From Alphaproteobacteria bacterium (lineage in GTDB: Bacteria; Pseudomonadota; Alphaproteobacteria; Sphingomonadales; Emcibacteraceae), in NCBI GenBank assembly GCA_002401545.1, contig NVTJ01000002.1, forward strand, positions 1 to 51,037: a DNA stretch of 51,037 nucleotides, given 5' to 3'. This document shows positions 11,437 to 21,100 of the stretch, piece by piece. The stretch's first letter is position 1, and each line of letters opens with the position of its first letter. A program made the translations under genes and the position numbers. A model generated the notes under the pieces. That model saw only the letters and a list, made by a program, of their open reading frames with translations. It had not been told where the DNA came from and searched no databases.

Positions 11437-11455
11437 TGGTGCGTCTGGCCGGACT
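11437..11455 (-). other. Prophage att core: duplicated 3' end of a tRNA (probably tRNA-Leu)
   Basis: Minus strand AGT-CCGGC-CAGACGC-A-CCA = end of T-loop, T-stem, acceptor strand, discriminator A, CCA; lies at the host/phage gene boundary. Confidence 0.8.
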
Positions 11456-11597
11456 ATTTAAATTTGTTTAAAACAAAAGCCTAATAAACTTATAGCGCAA
11501 AAATTACGCAAATACGATGAAGTGTGCTCAAGTTGAACAGAGGCCCGTCTTTCCCATCTCATTTGTTTTACCGAAGAAAAATAATTTCAAATAAAAC

Positions 11598-11626
11598 TTG
11601 ACTTATACACTGATAGTGTATATATT
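11598..11626 (+). promoter_or_regulatory. Sigma70-type promoter with palindromic operator
   Basis: TTGACT-N17-TATATT; TATACACT-gat-AGTGTATA palindrome at 11604-11622. Confidence 0.7.
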
Positions 11627-11680
11627 AATATTCATAGGCAGAGGGATTAGCCCACTGCATCAGGTAAGGAGACCTTAAAA

Positions 11681-11878
11681 ATGAATACATTTTTCACACA
11701 ATCACAGATCAAAAATGGTTGGACCTCTCATGTCGAATATCGGAATGTATTAACCAAGTCTGGAAAAATATCCCGCCGTAGTAATCCAGTTAAGACCGGA
11801 TTCATGCGCGTGACTCATATTAATGGACATGTTAGAGAATACCAAAATAATGTATTGCAAAATGAGATATACACATGA
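11681..11878 (+). CDS. Small hypothetical protein (moron)
   Basis: RBS AAGGAGA; ATGA overlap with next gene. Confidence 0.65.
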   Translation: MNTFFTQSQIKNGWTSHVEYRNVLTKSGKISRRSNPVKTGFMRVTHINGHVREYQNNVLQNEIYT

Positions 11879-12276
11879 CCCTATTTTCAGCCATACTCAA
11901 ACTATCCGGCCTCTCTATCAGGGAGGCCGCCGATTTTTTATCTGTTCGACCCGATACTGTGAAAAGCTGGTCAGCAGGGCGGAACGGCGTACCTCAAGGA
12001 GCGATGAATCAAATATATGATCTGCTTGAAAAACAAGGAAATGCCGCAGGGGAAGCCGTGAAATTATGGAAAGAGCAAAACGAGCCTGAGCAAATAGAAG
12101 CCGGATATGCCGTGGATAATCATGAGGCACAATCGCTTGGCTGGCCTTCTGTCGGGGCACAAATGGCTATGTATGCAAGGCTATCAGAAATGCTTCACGG
12201 GGAATGTGAAATGATCCTGGTCCCGCGCGGATCGACCATGGGAACAGCAAAGGCAATTGAGGGCCATGAAAAATAA
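11875..12276 (+). CDS. XRE-type HTH protein
   Basis: GLSIREAADFLSVRPDTVKSWSAGR helix-turn-helix. Confidence 0.75.
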   Translation: MTLFSAILKLSGLSIREAADFLSVRPDTVKSWSAGRNGVPQGAMNQIYDLLEKQGNAAGEAVKLWKEQNEPEQIEAGYAVDNHEAQSLGWPSVGAQMAMYARLSEMLHGECEMILVPRGSTMGTAKAIEGHEK

Positions 12277-12294
12277 TACCACCCCGCCCTTAAA

Positions 12295-12594
12295 TCAGAC
12301 GGCAATTTCCTTAAACAATATCCCCTTTTCTGCATGGATATCCTGCCCTGCGTCTGTGACAACATCACATATGACGGCATAGGGAGTATCGGCGGCACCG
12401 CCACCAATCGTGGACCCGACAACACGGCCGGAAAAGGAATCCTGAGTAAAAATCAACCCCGCCGGTACGGAAGACCACACAGCGGTTGTGATATTTTCAT
12501 CCGATTCCATCTGATCGCGAAACTTCAATGATATTGTTTTTTTGCCCCCAACAAAAATATCAGGAAAATTATCACCGTCCTTATAATTAGTCAT
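12295..12594 (-). CDS. Phage fibre adaptor-like small beta protein
   Basis: E.ITTAVW..PAGL..GG....Y...C.V.T..G pattern resembling fibre-tail adaptor proteins. Confidence 0.55.
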   Translation of the reverse strand: MTNYKDGDNFPDIFVGGKKTISLKFRDQMESDENITTAVWSSVPAGLIFTQDSFSGRVVGSTIGGGAADTPYAVICDVVTDAGQDIHAEKGILFKEIAV

Positions 12595-12605
12595 ATTGAT
12601 TTTCC

Positions 12606-14342
12606 TTAAACAAATAAATGGCGGTTTTCATCACCAACATGAAGGTGCCGGGATTCCCGGCCCACATATAAATGGCGGGTTTCCGTGCCAACAAATAGCG
12701 CGCTTTCATCAGGCCAGCGAATTACCGTACCTGGTATCCAGATATTCACCACATCGCTGGACAGGCCATGCCGGGCATTCTGCACGGCAAGCGCATGAAA
12801 CTGGCTCAAGGCGACGATGTCACTGGTGATGCCGTGCCGCCCGTCCGATATAAGTAAAGTTTCCTGTTGCGCTAATATTGGACTATCGCTGGTGACGACG
12901 TGTGAAATATCAGCAATCGTCAGGACCTGCCCCTGAGACAACAAAACCTCATCCGCCGAATGCCCTTGCCCGGCGCTATTGATTGTTAGCGTCTGAAAAT
13001 GGGACAGCATAACAATATCAGATTGAATCGGATGCAGAGAACCATCCACATTCAGGATCATCCCCTGAAACAAAGTTACTGCCCCGGCCATGTGCCCATG
13101 CTGTCCATCATCAACCGACAGATTCTGCAATTGCGAAAGCGACACCTCATCGCTGATCAGGCCATGGGTGGCATCACTGACACTTAAAGACTGCCCTTGT
13201 GATAGGGCAACATTCTCTGCGGTATGCACGTGAACTGCATCACTGATCGATAGGGTATGAACTTGTGAGAGAACCACATTATCAGCAGCATGACCGCTTA
13301 CCGCGCTATTAACCGTGAGTATAATCCCACTACCAACAGCCGCGCCGCCCTGTCCTACCCAGAATGTGCCGGGCGAGGATTGGTTGGCGTATTCAGTTGC
13401 TATCCAGTCAACTGATAATTCGCTATTTATCCAGCGGGCCTCGTCTATTTTACCGTCAAAATAATACTGATTATTCGTTCTGGAATGACCGATTCGCAAG
13501 GTGTTAAAACTGGACAATGGATTCGTAAGAGAACTGGTTTCAGTGCCTGCCGCCGTACCATTAACAAACATTTTTCTGTCCGCAGTCCCTGCGAAAACCG
13601 CAGTACCCGCCATCCACGCCCCTGCTGTGTAGGCCGGTCCCCCATTCGTAAATTTTGTAGACCCAGCTGCACTTCTCTCCAACGCAACGAGATGGTCGCT
13701 GATGTTTCCGGCAAAATATAATGAGAATTGTCCAGAGCCATCGGCTGAATCTAATAGAGATACCGCGCCTTGCAAAGCAGATAAACTATTGCTCGCCCCC
13801 CAGCACTGCAGAGAAACGGGCTGACCTGCCGGAGCCACGATAGATGTGTTTTCAAGATATTGCGTTGTGCCATTAAAATTATAGCCATCCCCTATTTGGC
13901 CTGGGGTCGTGGTTGGTGCGTTGCTGGCGGTTAAATCATAATTGCCCGCCGAATCAACCAAGTCATTTAGATGCCAAACGCCCTCGTAATTAAACCATAC
14001 TGCGCTACGGCCATATGTATCCGTAAAAGCGGGCTGACTCACCTGCGCGGAATCAACCACAAGGTATAGTTTATTCAGAACCGTTCCGAGGCTGGAATAT
14101 AACGTATGAATCTCAAATGTCTCAGCAACACTGTCCCACGAAACAAGTTCCGTTTTCATACGTATCGTAAAAGCAGCATCCAAATAAACCTGAACATCTT
14201 CACCATTTGTAGCCGCCGTGGTAAACCACTCAGCCTTTGTGGATGCCTTCAGACATATCTCGGTGATAAGTGTCGGGTAATCCGTAAGCACAGACGTAAC
14301 ACTTGTATTATTCCGAAATTCCTCGCTATAAATGATTGCCAT
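12606..14342 (-). CDS. Fibre/receptor-binding protein: DUF2341-like + LamG/concanavalin domain + nine 22-aa repeats
   Basis: YEGVWHL, FNGTTQY, FDGKIDEAR..LSVDWIATEYANQ; C-terminal tandem repeats. Confidence 0.75.
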   Translation of the reverse strand: MAIIYSEEFRNNTSVTSVLTDYPTLITEICLKASTKAEWFTTAATNGEDVQVYLDAAFTIRMKTELVSWDSVAETFEIHTLYSSLGTVLNKLYLVVDSAQVSQPAFTDTYGRSAVWFNYEGVWHLNDLVDSAGNYDLTASNAPTTTPGQIGDGYNFNGTTQYLENTSIVAPAGQPVSLQCWGASNSLSALQGAVSLLDSADGSGQFSLYFAGNISDHLVALERSAAGSTKFTNGGPAYTAGAWMAGTAVFAGTADRKMFVNGTAAGTETSSLTNPLSSFNTLRIGHSRTNNQYYFDGKIDEARWINSELSVDWIATEYANQSSPGTFWVGQGGAAVGSGIILTVNSAVSGHAADNVVLSQVHTLSISDAVHVHTAENVALSQGQSLSVSDATHGLISDEVSLSQLQNLSVDDGQHGHMAGAVTLFQGMILNVDGSLHPIQSDIVMLSHFQTLTINSAGQGHSADEVLLSQGQVLTIADISHVVTSDSPILAQQETLLISDGRHGITSDIVALSQFHALAVQNARHGLSSDVVNIWIPGTVIRWPDESALFVGTETRHLYVGRESRHLHVGDENRHLFV

Positions 14343-14356
14343 AAGGCACGCGCCTT

Positions 14357-14623
14357 TTACATATTAGGGACAGGTGGGGCTGATGCCAATAAACCCCCAA
14401 GAGCCTTCATATAATCCAAAAGTTGCTGTGCCTCTGTAACAACACCGGAATCCAACATCCCCGGATTAGCCCCATCCCACACAATAATCGCCGAAAGGTT
14501 TGCAATCCTCCCGGCGGTGTCGCCGCCGAGTTTCTGCATCGTGTCAGACATCTGCTGATAATGGTCCGCAACTTCAGAAGTGATGTTCTTCGCCTTTGTG
14601 AGGGCCAGAGATTTTAAAGCCAT
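14357..14623 (-). CDS. Hypothetical phage protein
   Basis: Co-oriented ORF with RBS in fibre module. Confidence 0.6.
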   Translation of the reverse strand: MALKSLALTKAKNITSEVADHYQQMSDTMQKLGGDTAGRIANLSAIIVWDGANPGMLDSGVVTEAQQLLDYMKALGGLLASAPPVPNM

Positions 14624-14717
14624 AGTCTATTCCTTATAAATATATTTTGCATCATTCAGATGCGAGTTGTAACAATGATAATCTTCCAGAAAAATATCAG
14701 GTCGGGCAAGGAAGAGG

Positions 14718-14957
14718 TTATGCTGCCGTTGCGGACTTGGACATAATCATGTCGCCACTTTTGCCCCATACGGTTTCAGGGTCAAAGCCGAGTTCCGCCA
14801 CCTTGGCCTGGGCCTTATCCGTGGTTTCTTCAAGCCATTTCGTGGCGATAAAATAAGGCGCGTCATTCGCATGAACGTTATACACAACACCTTCGATAAA
14901 CTGGTAACCCCGATGGGTCGCCGTTGTTTTTGCTTTCAAATTCATTTTATTATCCAA
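14718..14957 (-). CDS. Hypothetical phage protein
   Basis: Co-oriented ORF in fibre module. Confidence 0.55.
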   Translation of the reverse strand: MDNKMNLKAKTTATHRGYQFIEGVVYNVHANDAPYFIATKWLEETTDKAQAKVAELGFDPETVWGKSGDMIMSKSATAA

Positions 14958-14981
14958 TCTAATTAAGAGGGTCGTGGCAAA

Positions 14982-15362
14982 TTAAACGGGGTCTGCAATC
15001 TCTGCATCCCACGCGCCGTATGTTAATGAACTGCCTGAGGTCAGACCGAGCGACGTGGCGGTGGTCACATAAAGCAATATACTGTTCACCGTATCCAGCA
15101 GGACCACATGATCCCCTGTGCCGGTATTATCCACATTGACCCCAGACTTACTGGCCACACCAACCTTGCGGCCACTGACATCGCCGTTGGCAAGGGTGAA
15201 ATCACCGCTTGCCATAGCCACATCGGCCAGGAAATTTGCACCGCCTACATTGGCCGCCGCAAAATTAGCCGGCTCGCCAGCGCAGACGGTCATCAGATTA
15301 CATTTTGTCTTGATTTCATTCAGCGCCGCATCCAGCACACTATCGTCAGCTTTTTTTGCCAT
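14982..15362 (-). CDS. Small phage fibre subunit-like structural protein
   Basis: 126 aa, Ala/Gly/Thr-rich beta composition, MAKKADDSVLDAAL...EIADP; RBS GGAG. Confidence 0.65.
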   Translation of the reverse strand: MAKKADDSVLDAALNEIKTKCNLMTVCAGEPANFAAANVGGANFLADVAMASGDFTLANGDVSGRKVGVASKSGVNVDNTGTGDHVVLLDTVNSILLYVTTATSLGLTSGSSLTYGAWDAEIADPV

Positions 15363-15659
15363 TTAATTATCTCCTGTTTTAATGAATTTACTTTTCTTGA
15401 TGTCATATTTTATGCGGCGGCGGACATGTCCGTCCGCGCCCACACGTTCGAATTGAAAATACCGGAAACCATATACCCGGGCCGTATCAAAAATCGCCCT
15501 CAAAATTGAACGGGTCATTCTAAACGTCACGCCCCTGACATGAAGAGTTTCCACCCCGACTCTGTCCATAACAAAAAAATGGCAATATGTGCCGTCAGGG
15601 CCTTCTATGCGACAATCAATGCGACTGACTTCGGCATTAAGAATTAAATCTTCACTCAT
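15363..15659 (-). CDS. Hypothetical phage protein
   Basis: Coupled between o-spanin and 14982 gene. Confidence 0.55.
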   Translation of the reverse strand: MSEDLILNAEVSRIDCRIEGPDGTYCHFFVMDRVGVETLHVRGVTFRMTRSILRAIFDTARVYGFRYFQFERVGADGHVRRRIKYDIKKSKFIKTGDN

Positions 15660-15960
15660 CAGTGCCAGTCACATCGTCGGCATAGAGTTCTTTCAGTTCC
15701 AGGACAGCCTTTTTCACGTCCAACAGCTTGTCCTTGCAATTGATGTGTGCCGCCGCCAGATCCGTGACAAAAACTGCAACATCCTTTTGTGCCGGATCCA
15801 CCGGCACCACGGGACGATCCGCACATTCAAGGATCGTCGGGGATATGTCGGGTATCCGGGTTACCGTCCTGATCAGGGTCACCGGCGCGCATTGTTTTAT
15901 TCCCCCGCTGCAAGCGGCCAAGAGCAAAAAGCACGCTGGCAGCAACAGGACATTCCGCAT
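15652..15960 (-). CDS. o-spanin (Rz1-like lipoprotein)
   Basis: MRNVLLLPACFLLLAAC lipobox, Pro-rich, overlaps 3' end of i-spanin. Confidence 0.75.
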   Translation of the reverse strand: MRNVLLLPACFLLLAACSGGIKQCAPVTLIRTVTRIPDISPTILECADRPVVPVDPAQKDVAVFVTDLAAAHINCKDKLLDVKKAVLELKELYADDVTGTDE

Positions 15961-16267
15961 TTTGAGCGGCGATTTTCTCAATATTGATGTGAGCATCACT
16001 GATTTCCTTTTGACTTGACAATTCACGGGCGGATATTTTCTCCAGACGGGCCACGGCATTGCCCCTTTCCGTTGCCAGATTCCCGATCGTTACCTGATTT
16101 TCCGCATTGACCTTATCCGCTGCGGCAAGTTGGGTCTCATAATCGCTGATGATATCGGTCTTTTCAGCGATAGTGTCTTTCAGCCCGGTATAATGATTCC
16201 AGAACAGAAGAATGCCGATCAGAACCCCGACCGCCCCGGCAAGTTTAATCCCGCTGATAATACCCAT
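15827..16267 (-). CDS. i-spanin (Rz-like)
   Basis: N-terminal TM then coiled coil; follows endolysin. Confidence 0.75.
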   Translation of the reverse strand: MGIISGIKLAGAVGVLIGILLFWNHYTGLKDTIAEKTDIISDYETQLAAADKVNAENQVTIGNLATERGNAVARLEKISARELSSQKEISDAHINIEKIAAQNAECPVAASVLFALGRLQRGNKTMRAGDPDQDGNPDTRHIPDDP

Positions 16268-16269
16268 GA

Positions 16270-16770
16270 TCAGGTGGCCTTTTTATCAGGAGATTGATTA
16301 TCATCCACCGCAACTTCACCCGGTATATCGGTAATGATGATGGTGACCTTGCCCCCGGATTCGAGTACCGCCGTGGGCTTTGGATAAAATCTCTTGTAAG
16401 CATCCGCGCTTGACCGAAGCACATATCCACGCTCACTGTCATGATATTCAGACGATCCCACAAGGATACAGCCCGCCGTATCCTCATGGTCATTACCACA
16501 ATGGATCAGGATATATTTAAAGCCCGGAACATCCTGTAGCTCCAGCATCCCTTTATGCATATCCGGGAACCGTTTTCCGTATCGCTTATGGAACCCGCCT
16601 TCGGTGCGCAGCTTCACATCATAGGTGCCGGCCGGAATTCGGGTCTGGCCCTTGACTTTTTTCTTGCGGAATTGATCTTCCAATGTGAAACATTGCCGGT
16701 GACCTTCAATGGTCATGGTGCCCAGGGTAGATTTATCATCCGCATTCGTGCGGGTCACTTCGAGTTTCAT
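16270..16770 (-). CDS. Putative endolysin, DUF5675-like
   Basis: CFTLED, RIPAGTY, ILIHCGN..DTAGCILVG; upstream of spanins. Confidence 0.7.
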   Translation of the reverse strand: MKLEVTRTNADDKSTLGTMTIEGHRQCFTLEDQFRKKKVKGQTRIPAGTYDVKLRTEGGFHKRYGKRFPDMHKGMLELQDVPGFKYILIHCGNDHEDTAGCILVGSSEYHDSERGYVLRSSADAYKRFYPKPTAVLESGGKVTIIITDIPGEVAVDDNQSPDKKAT

Positions 16771-16785
16771 GGGTATTTCCTTATG

Positions 16786-16935
16786 TTAAGATGTGAATGA
16801 TCCGAGGGACGTAATTATCCCGGACAATGATTTAATTAAAGCGATGGCCACATCTGGATTATTCAATGCCGTAATACCAACAACAGTCACAAGCCCCAGA
16901 ACCAGGGCAACTTTCCAGTTGATCTGAATTTTCAT
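16786..16935 (-). CDS. 49-aa membrane protein, holin candidate
   Basis: Manual translation MKIQINWKVALVLGLVTVVGITALNNPDVAIALIKSLSGIITSLGSFTS; directly upstream of endolysin. Confidence 0.5.
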   Translation of the reverse strand: MKIQINWKVALVLGLVTVVGITALNNPDVAIALIKSLSGIITSLGSFTS

Positions 16936-16953
16936 AATAAATATCCTTTAATA

Positions 16954-17229
16954 TTAAGATTTATCCCACGGGATCAGGCCCATCTTGAAACATATTCCGA
17001 TCAGAAACAGGGTGATCGCCCAACGGGTAAGCCATCCGAGAAAAGCGCGCCAGACTGTTTTTTTGGCGTCGCGGAAACCACTCAGCACGCTGCGCAGTTC
17101 CCGGATATCATCCCCCGCCGCTTCATCATGCAGCCCCACCGCTTCCAAAGCCTTCTTGGCTCCCCGGTGACAGGCACGGGACAACATTTTTTCAAGTTTT
17201 TCCTCTGAAATGGAAATCAAATCAGTCAT
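16954..17229 (-). CDS. DUF6127-like membrane protein (holin candidate)
   Basis: RGAKKALEAVGLHDEAAGDDIRELRSVL plus C-terminal TM. Confidence 0.65.
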   Translation of the reverse strand: MTDLISISEEKLEKMLSRACHRGAKKALEAVGLHDEAAGDDIRELRSVLSGFRDAKKTVWRAFLGWLTRWAITLFLIGICFKMGLIPWDKS

Positions 17230-17253
17230 ATATTCACCCCTGAAAATTTGAGA

Positions 17254-17628
17254 TTAATCTTTAAAAATCTGGGCGTCGCCTTCGCCAGGCTCAATGGATT
17301 TACCGGCATGGTTATCTTCAAAAAAATTCAGGAACCAATTCCAGAACCGCCAGTAAAGTCCTGTATCACCCCGCCGGACATTCTTGCCCACCCGGCTTGA
17401 AAATGTCTCATCCGGATCGCCGCCGTGGTAGACGTTGAATTTCTGGGACCAGCTCAAAAGATTATTCCATGACCACGCCCGCACAATCGGATCAGGCATC
17501 ACCCACCGTTGAATGAAGTGGGCAGGCACATCGATCAGGGCAAGCACCAGATGACAGATGACACATAAAAAAATGACCGGCAAAATCGCTAGCCATGCTA
17601 TGAATTTTATAAAAGACATTTTTTTCAT
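17254..17628 (-). CDS. Hypothetical phage membrane protein
   Basis: N-terminal TM; GGDPDETFSSRVG motif. Confidence 0.65.
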   Translation of the reverse strand: MKKMSFIKFIAWLAILPVIFLCVICHLVLALIDVPAHFIQRWVMPDPIVRAWSWNNLLSWSQKFNVYHGGDPDETFSSRVGKNVRRGDTGLYWRFWNWFLNFFEDNHAGKSIEPGEGDAQIFKD

Positions 17629-17651
17629 GGTAAAAATAACTCCCCAATAAT

Positions 17652-17945
17652 TTAAATAATATTGGTCAAAAAAAGAGCCGCTGAAATTGCGGCTACGATC
17701 AGGTAAATAGTTTGTATCCGATCATGATCGGACAACCAGTTCCCCGGCCAGAAAGCTTTTAACGCCCCGACCTTCCACTGAATAACGGACACCTCACGGG
17801 AATAATATATACAGACCCACACAAGGGCCGCGTCCCACGGCGTTGATGTGATCAAGCTCATGGGCCACATGCCGAGCAATACAATGGCCGCATGGCTCAG
17901 GTGGTGAGCCTTAAGCCATTTAATGATGAATAATATCAACGACAT
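17652..17945 (-). CDS. Hypothetical multi-TM protein
   Basis: Hydrophobic ORF co-oriented in lysis region. Confidence 0.55.
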   Translation of the reverse strand: MSLILFIIKWLKAHHLSHAAIVLLGMWPMSLITSTPWDAALVWVCIYYSREVSVIQWKVGALKAFWPGNWLSDHDRIQTIYLIVAAISAALFLTNII

Positions 17946-17972
17946 ATTATATTCCTACTAAGTAAATTTTTA

Positions 17973-18110
17973 TTATTTACGGTCAGTCTCATTATAACCA
18001 GGTGGGGTTTTATTTTTAGTTGGCTTATGAGATTCAGTAGCCTTCCTGTAAATGAAAACTGTAAAGCCAATGACAGTTATTGCAACTAAAGCTGCACCAA
18101 AATATTCCAT
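17973..18110 (-). CDS. 45-aa single-TM protein
   Basis: Manual translation MEYFGAALVAITVIGFTVFIYRKATESHK...; AAGGA RBS. Confidence 0.45.
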   Translation of the reverse strand: MEYFGAALVAITVIGFTVFIYRKATESHKPTKNKTPPGYNETDRK

Positions 18111-18167
18111 AATAATGTCCTTCAGAGTTACCGCTTAACAAGGCGGGTAACATTACCTTATTGTATT

Positions 18168-21100
18168 TTATTCTGTTGCTATAACGCCAAGTCTTTGTGA
18201 AATAAAGTTAAAGCCATCGTTTGTTCGTGTAGTAAGGATTGCTTTATAAGTTCTATTTGTTGTTACAGTATCAGGGTCCGTATAAGTTAATGAGTCAGCC
18301 ATCGTTTGTGTCCAACGATAATCATCAAGAAAGGGATCAGGATCAAAGGTGTCCGTACTGGAACCTGTCACATTTAAAGTAGTTACCAAAGTATATGCCG
18401 CAGTCCCTAATTTCCGCCAAAGTTCAACCACCGCTGTTGGATTTGGTGTAGGACTAGGATCAGGACTTTCTTGTGAACCTAGCAAATTAAACGTGTAAGA
18501 AAGATTTATTTGTATCGTGCCACCGTTGGAACCAAACTCAGCCGTTTCAACGGTTGTTGGAACTGCGACAGAGGAGCTTTCTATTCCATTAGTGAGCGTT
18601 CCAATTGATAATGAACCTCCGAAAAATGCATCACCGGCTGTTGTTAAATAACTAATTGCGTTAGCCTCGGTCATTAAGTTTTCAGCAATATCCGGCCCGT
18701 ACCATTCAAGAAATTGATTGCTCGAACCAAAACCAAGACCGGTCTTTTTAATATATCCCCCAAGCCGATAATTAATGCGACTGGCCCCGGTCAGTTCGAT
18801 GATTGCCCCGAGGTTGCCGGAAATTAATTTATCGATCGTAATTGATGGAATATATTGCGTTGGTACATCCTGAGAAACCACCCCGCTGGAATCCAGCCCC
18901 GCAGCAGCCCGCCCCGCTGCATCAGCGATGGCCGCTGCAGCAATACCAGCTACTTTAGTCGTATCGATCGCATTACCCAATATGTCCGAAGCAGGCTGCC
19001 CATTTACAATCTTACTACCATCTCTTAATGTTTGAGTGTACTCATTACTGAAATGATGGCCTTTTACAACACCAACTAAATTAACTGCCCCTAATACAGC
19101 CTGCGCGCCAATAGTAACATTCTTAGTCAGGGGAATCGTTGTGATTGAAGCAGCAGATACAACTTTCTCCGGAATTACAGAAATATTGTACCAATTTATT
19201 CCAGTAAAAGTGCCTAATTTAATGTCCAAATATTTCTCTGTAATAGGACTATCAGCAGATACTCTAAATTGAACAAGTCTATTTGGTCCCGATCCTGTAA
19301 AATGAATTGTCGCACTGCTGCCCCAATCAAAATTATATTCAAAAACTAACTCGCCGGGTACATCTTGATTTCCAACACCGGCTATTCTTAAAATTCCAGA
19401 ACCGCGCCCATTGACACCAGTTACTTGTAATATCCTTACCCATATATTATTGTCTGCCGAACCAGGGATAGTTAGTGTAGCGGCAATCCTGTCAAGCGGC
19501 TTGTTGTCGCCGTCGACATCCACCCCCCATGTTGCACCGACCGTGGCACCGGCAGGCGGACCGTTCGCGACATTTCCATAATCAATCACCCCCGTGATGC
19601 CGCTCACCCCCGGTGTGGCGTTCCACGGGCCGATCACATCATCCTGATCATAAGGGCGCACCCAATAGAAATATGTCTGGCCCGCACTACCTATATCATC
19701 CCGGAACTCATCAATGGGAAGTGCAAATGATTTATAGATTGCCGTGGGCTGCACATCGGCGGTGGCCCGGTAAAGATGTGTCCCCTTGGCTGCCAGGGCC
19801 GCGCTGGCATTCCAATTGATCTTTAACGCTTCCGGCAAGGACGTAACCCCAAGGCCGGACAGGGCGGCAATGGCATCCGCTATTCCGTCCAGCAATATGG
19901 TGGCCGATGTGGCCAGCCGTACCGGCAGCTTATTGCCCGCAAGGCTGACCGCAACCACCCGCACTGTGATATCCTCATCCACCGACATCTGGCCGGGCAA
20001 CCGGTAACGATTATCAAGACTGTTACCCAGAAGGGTAAAAACCCCGCCATCATCATCATAAATTTCAAACTGTGCGATAGGAATTCCCACCGGTGCCGTC
20101 CATGTGGCCCAGACTTCCGACTTGGCGACACCCGCCGGGAAGATAATATTTTCTGTCAGTTTCAGATTGGTCACCACCCCCGGCGGGGTGATCTCCTGAT
20201 CCGGGGTTGATGAATTATCAAAGGCCGGGAATGTCTCCGCCTCCACATCATGGATGGCATTGGCCAGATCGACACAAGTTAATTCAAATATATAATCCTT
20301 GCCCAGATGGCGGATGCCGGTGATCAGCACGTCCCGCGTCACTTTGTCTTTCTCGCCAAAAGTCACCAGATCATTCACAGAGGGTGCCATACCGGATACA
20401 ATTGGCGTTGTAAAAGTGAGCAGTTGCTGATCCCCCGCTACAGTATTAATCGCCGCATTGACCACCATATTGCTGTTGCTTGGCCGGCGGATGGACACGG
20501 CATATTCTTTCCCCGCCACCATGGCCGCCACCTCATCGATGGTAATTGAAGTGATGTCACCATTGATATCCGTGGTCAGCGATAATATCCGCCCTGCTGA
20601 CAGCCCATGGCGGGGAATATCGTGATTGATCACCACAAAATCACCAACCTGATTATGCATGGCGTCGACGTAAGTGGTGATCTGCAGGGTCTCCGGACGT
20701 AATTTCAATACCCCCAGAAAATACCGCCCCAAATCATGAACCCGCGCAACATCCACCATGCCCCGCATGGATAATTCCTCAAATTCGGTGGCATTGGTTT
20801 CATCAAAGCCGTCGGCATAGGCAATATAGATTTCTTCCTGACCGCCCTTGGCTTCATTGGCGAATTTAATTTTGATACCATGGACCGGGGTGCCCAGATT
20901 AAATGAGCCGGAAAGATTCTTGCTATTGCGGGCGGTGAACATATTTACCGGCACGGATTGCACCTGGTCCCGCACCACGCCGTACTGGCCATTTGGCGAG
21001 GCAACACGCGCCCTGCCCACCGTGCATATTTCTCTGATTATTTCATTAACCGTGGTCCGGGCAAGTATCAGCGCATCATAAGTATAACGCGGCTCACCAG

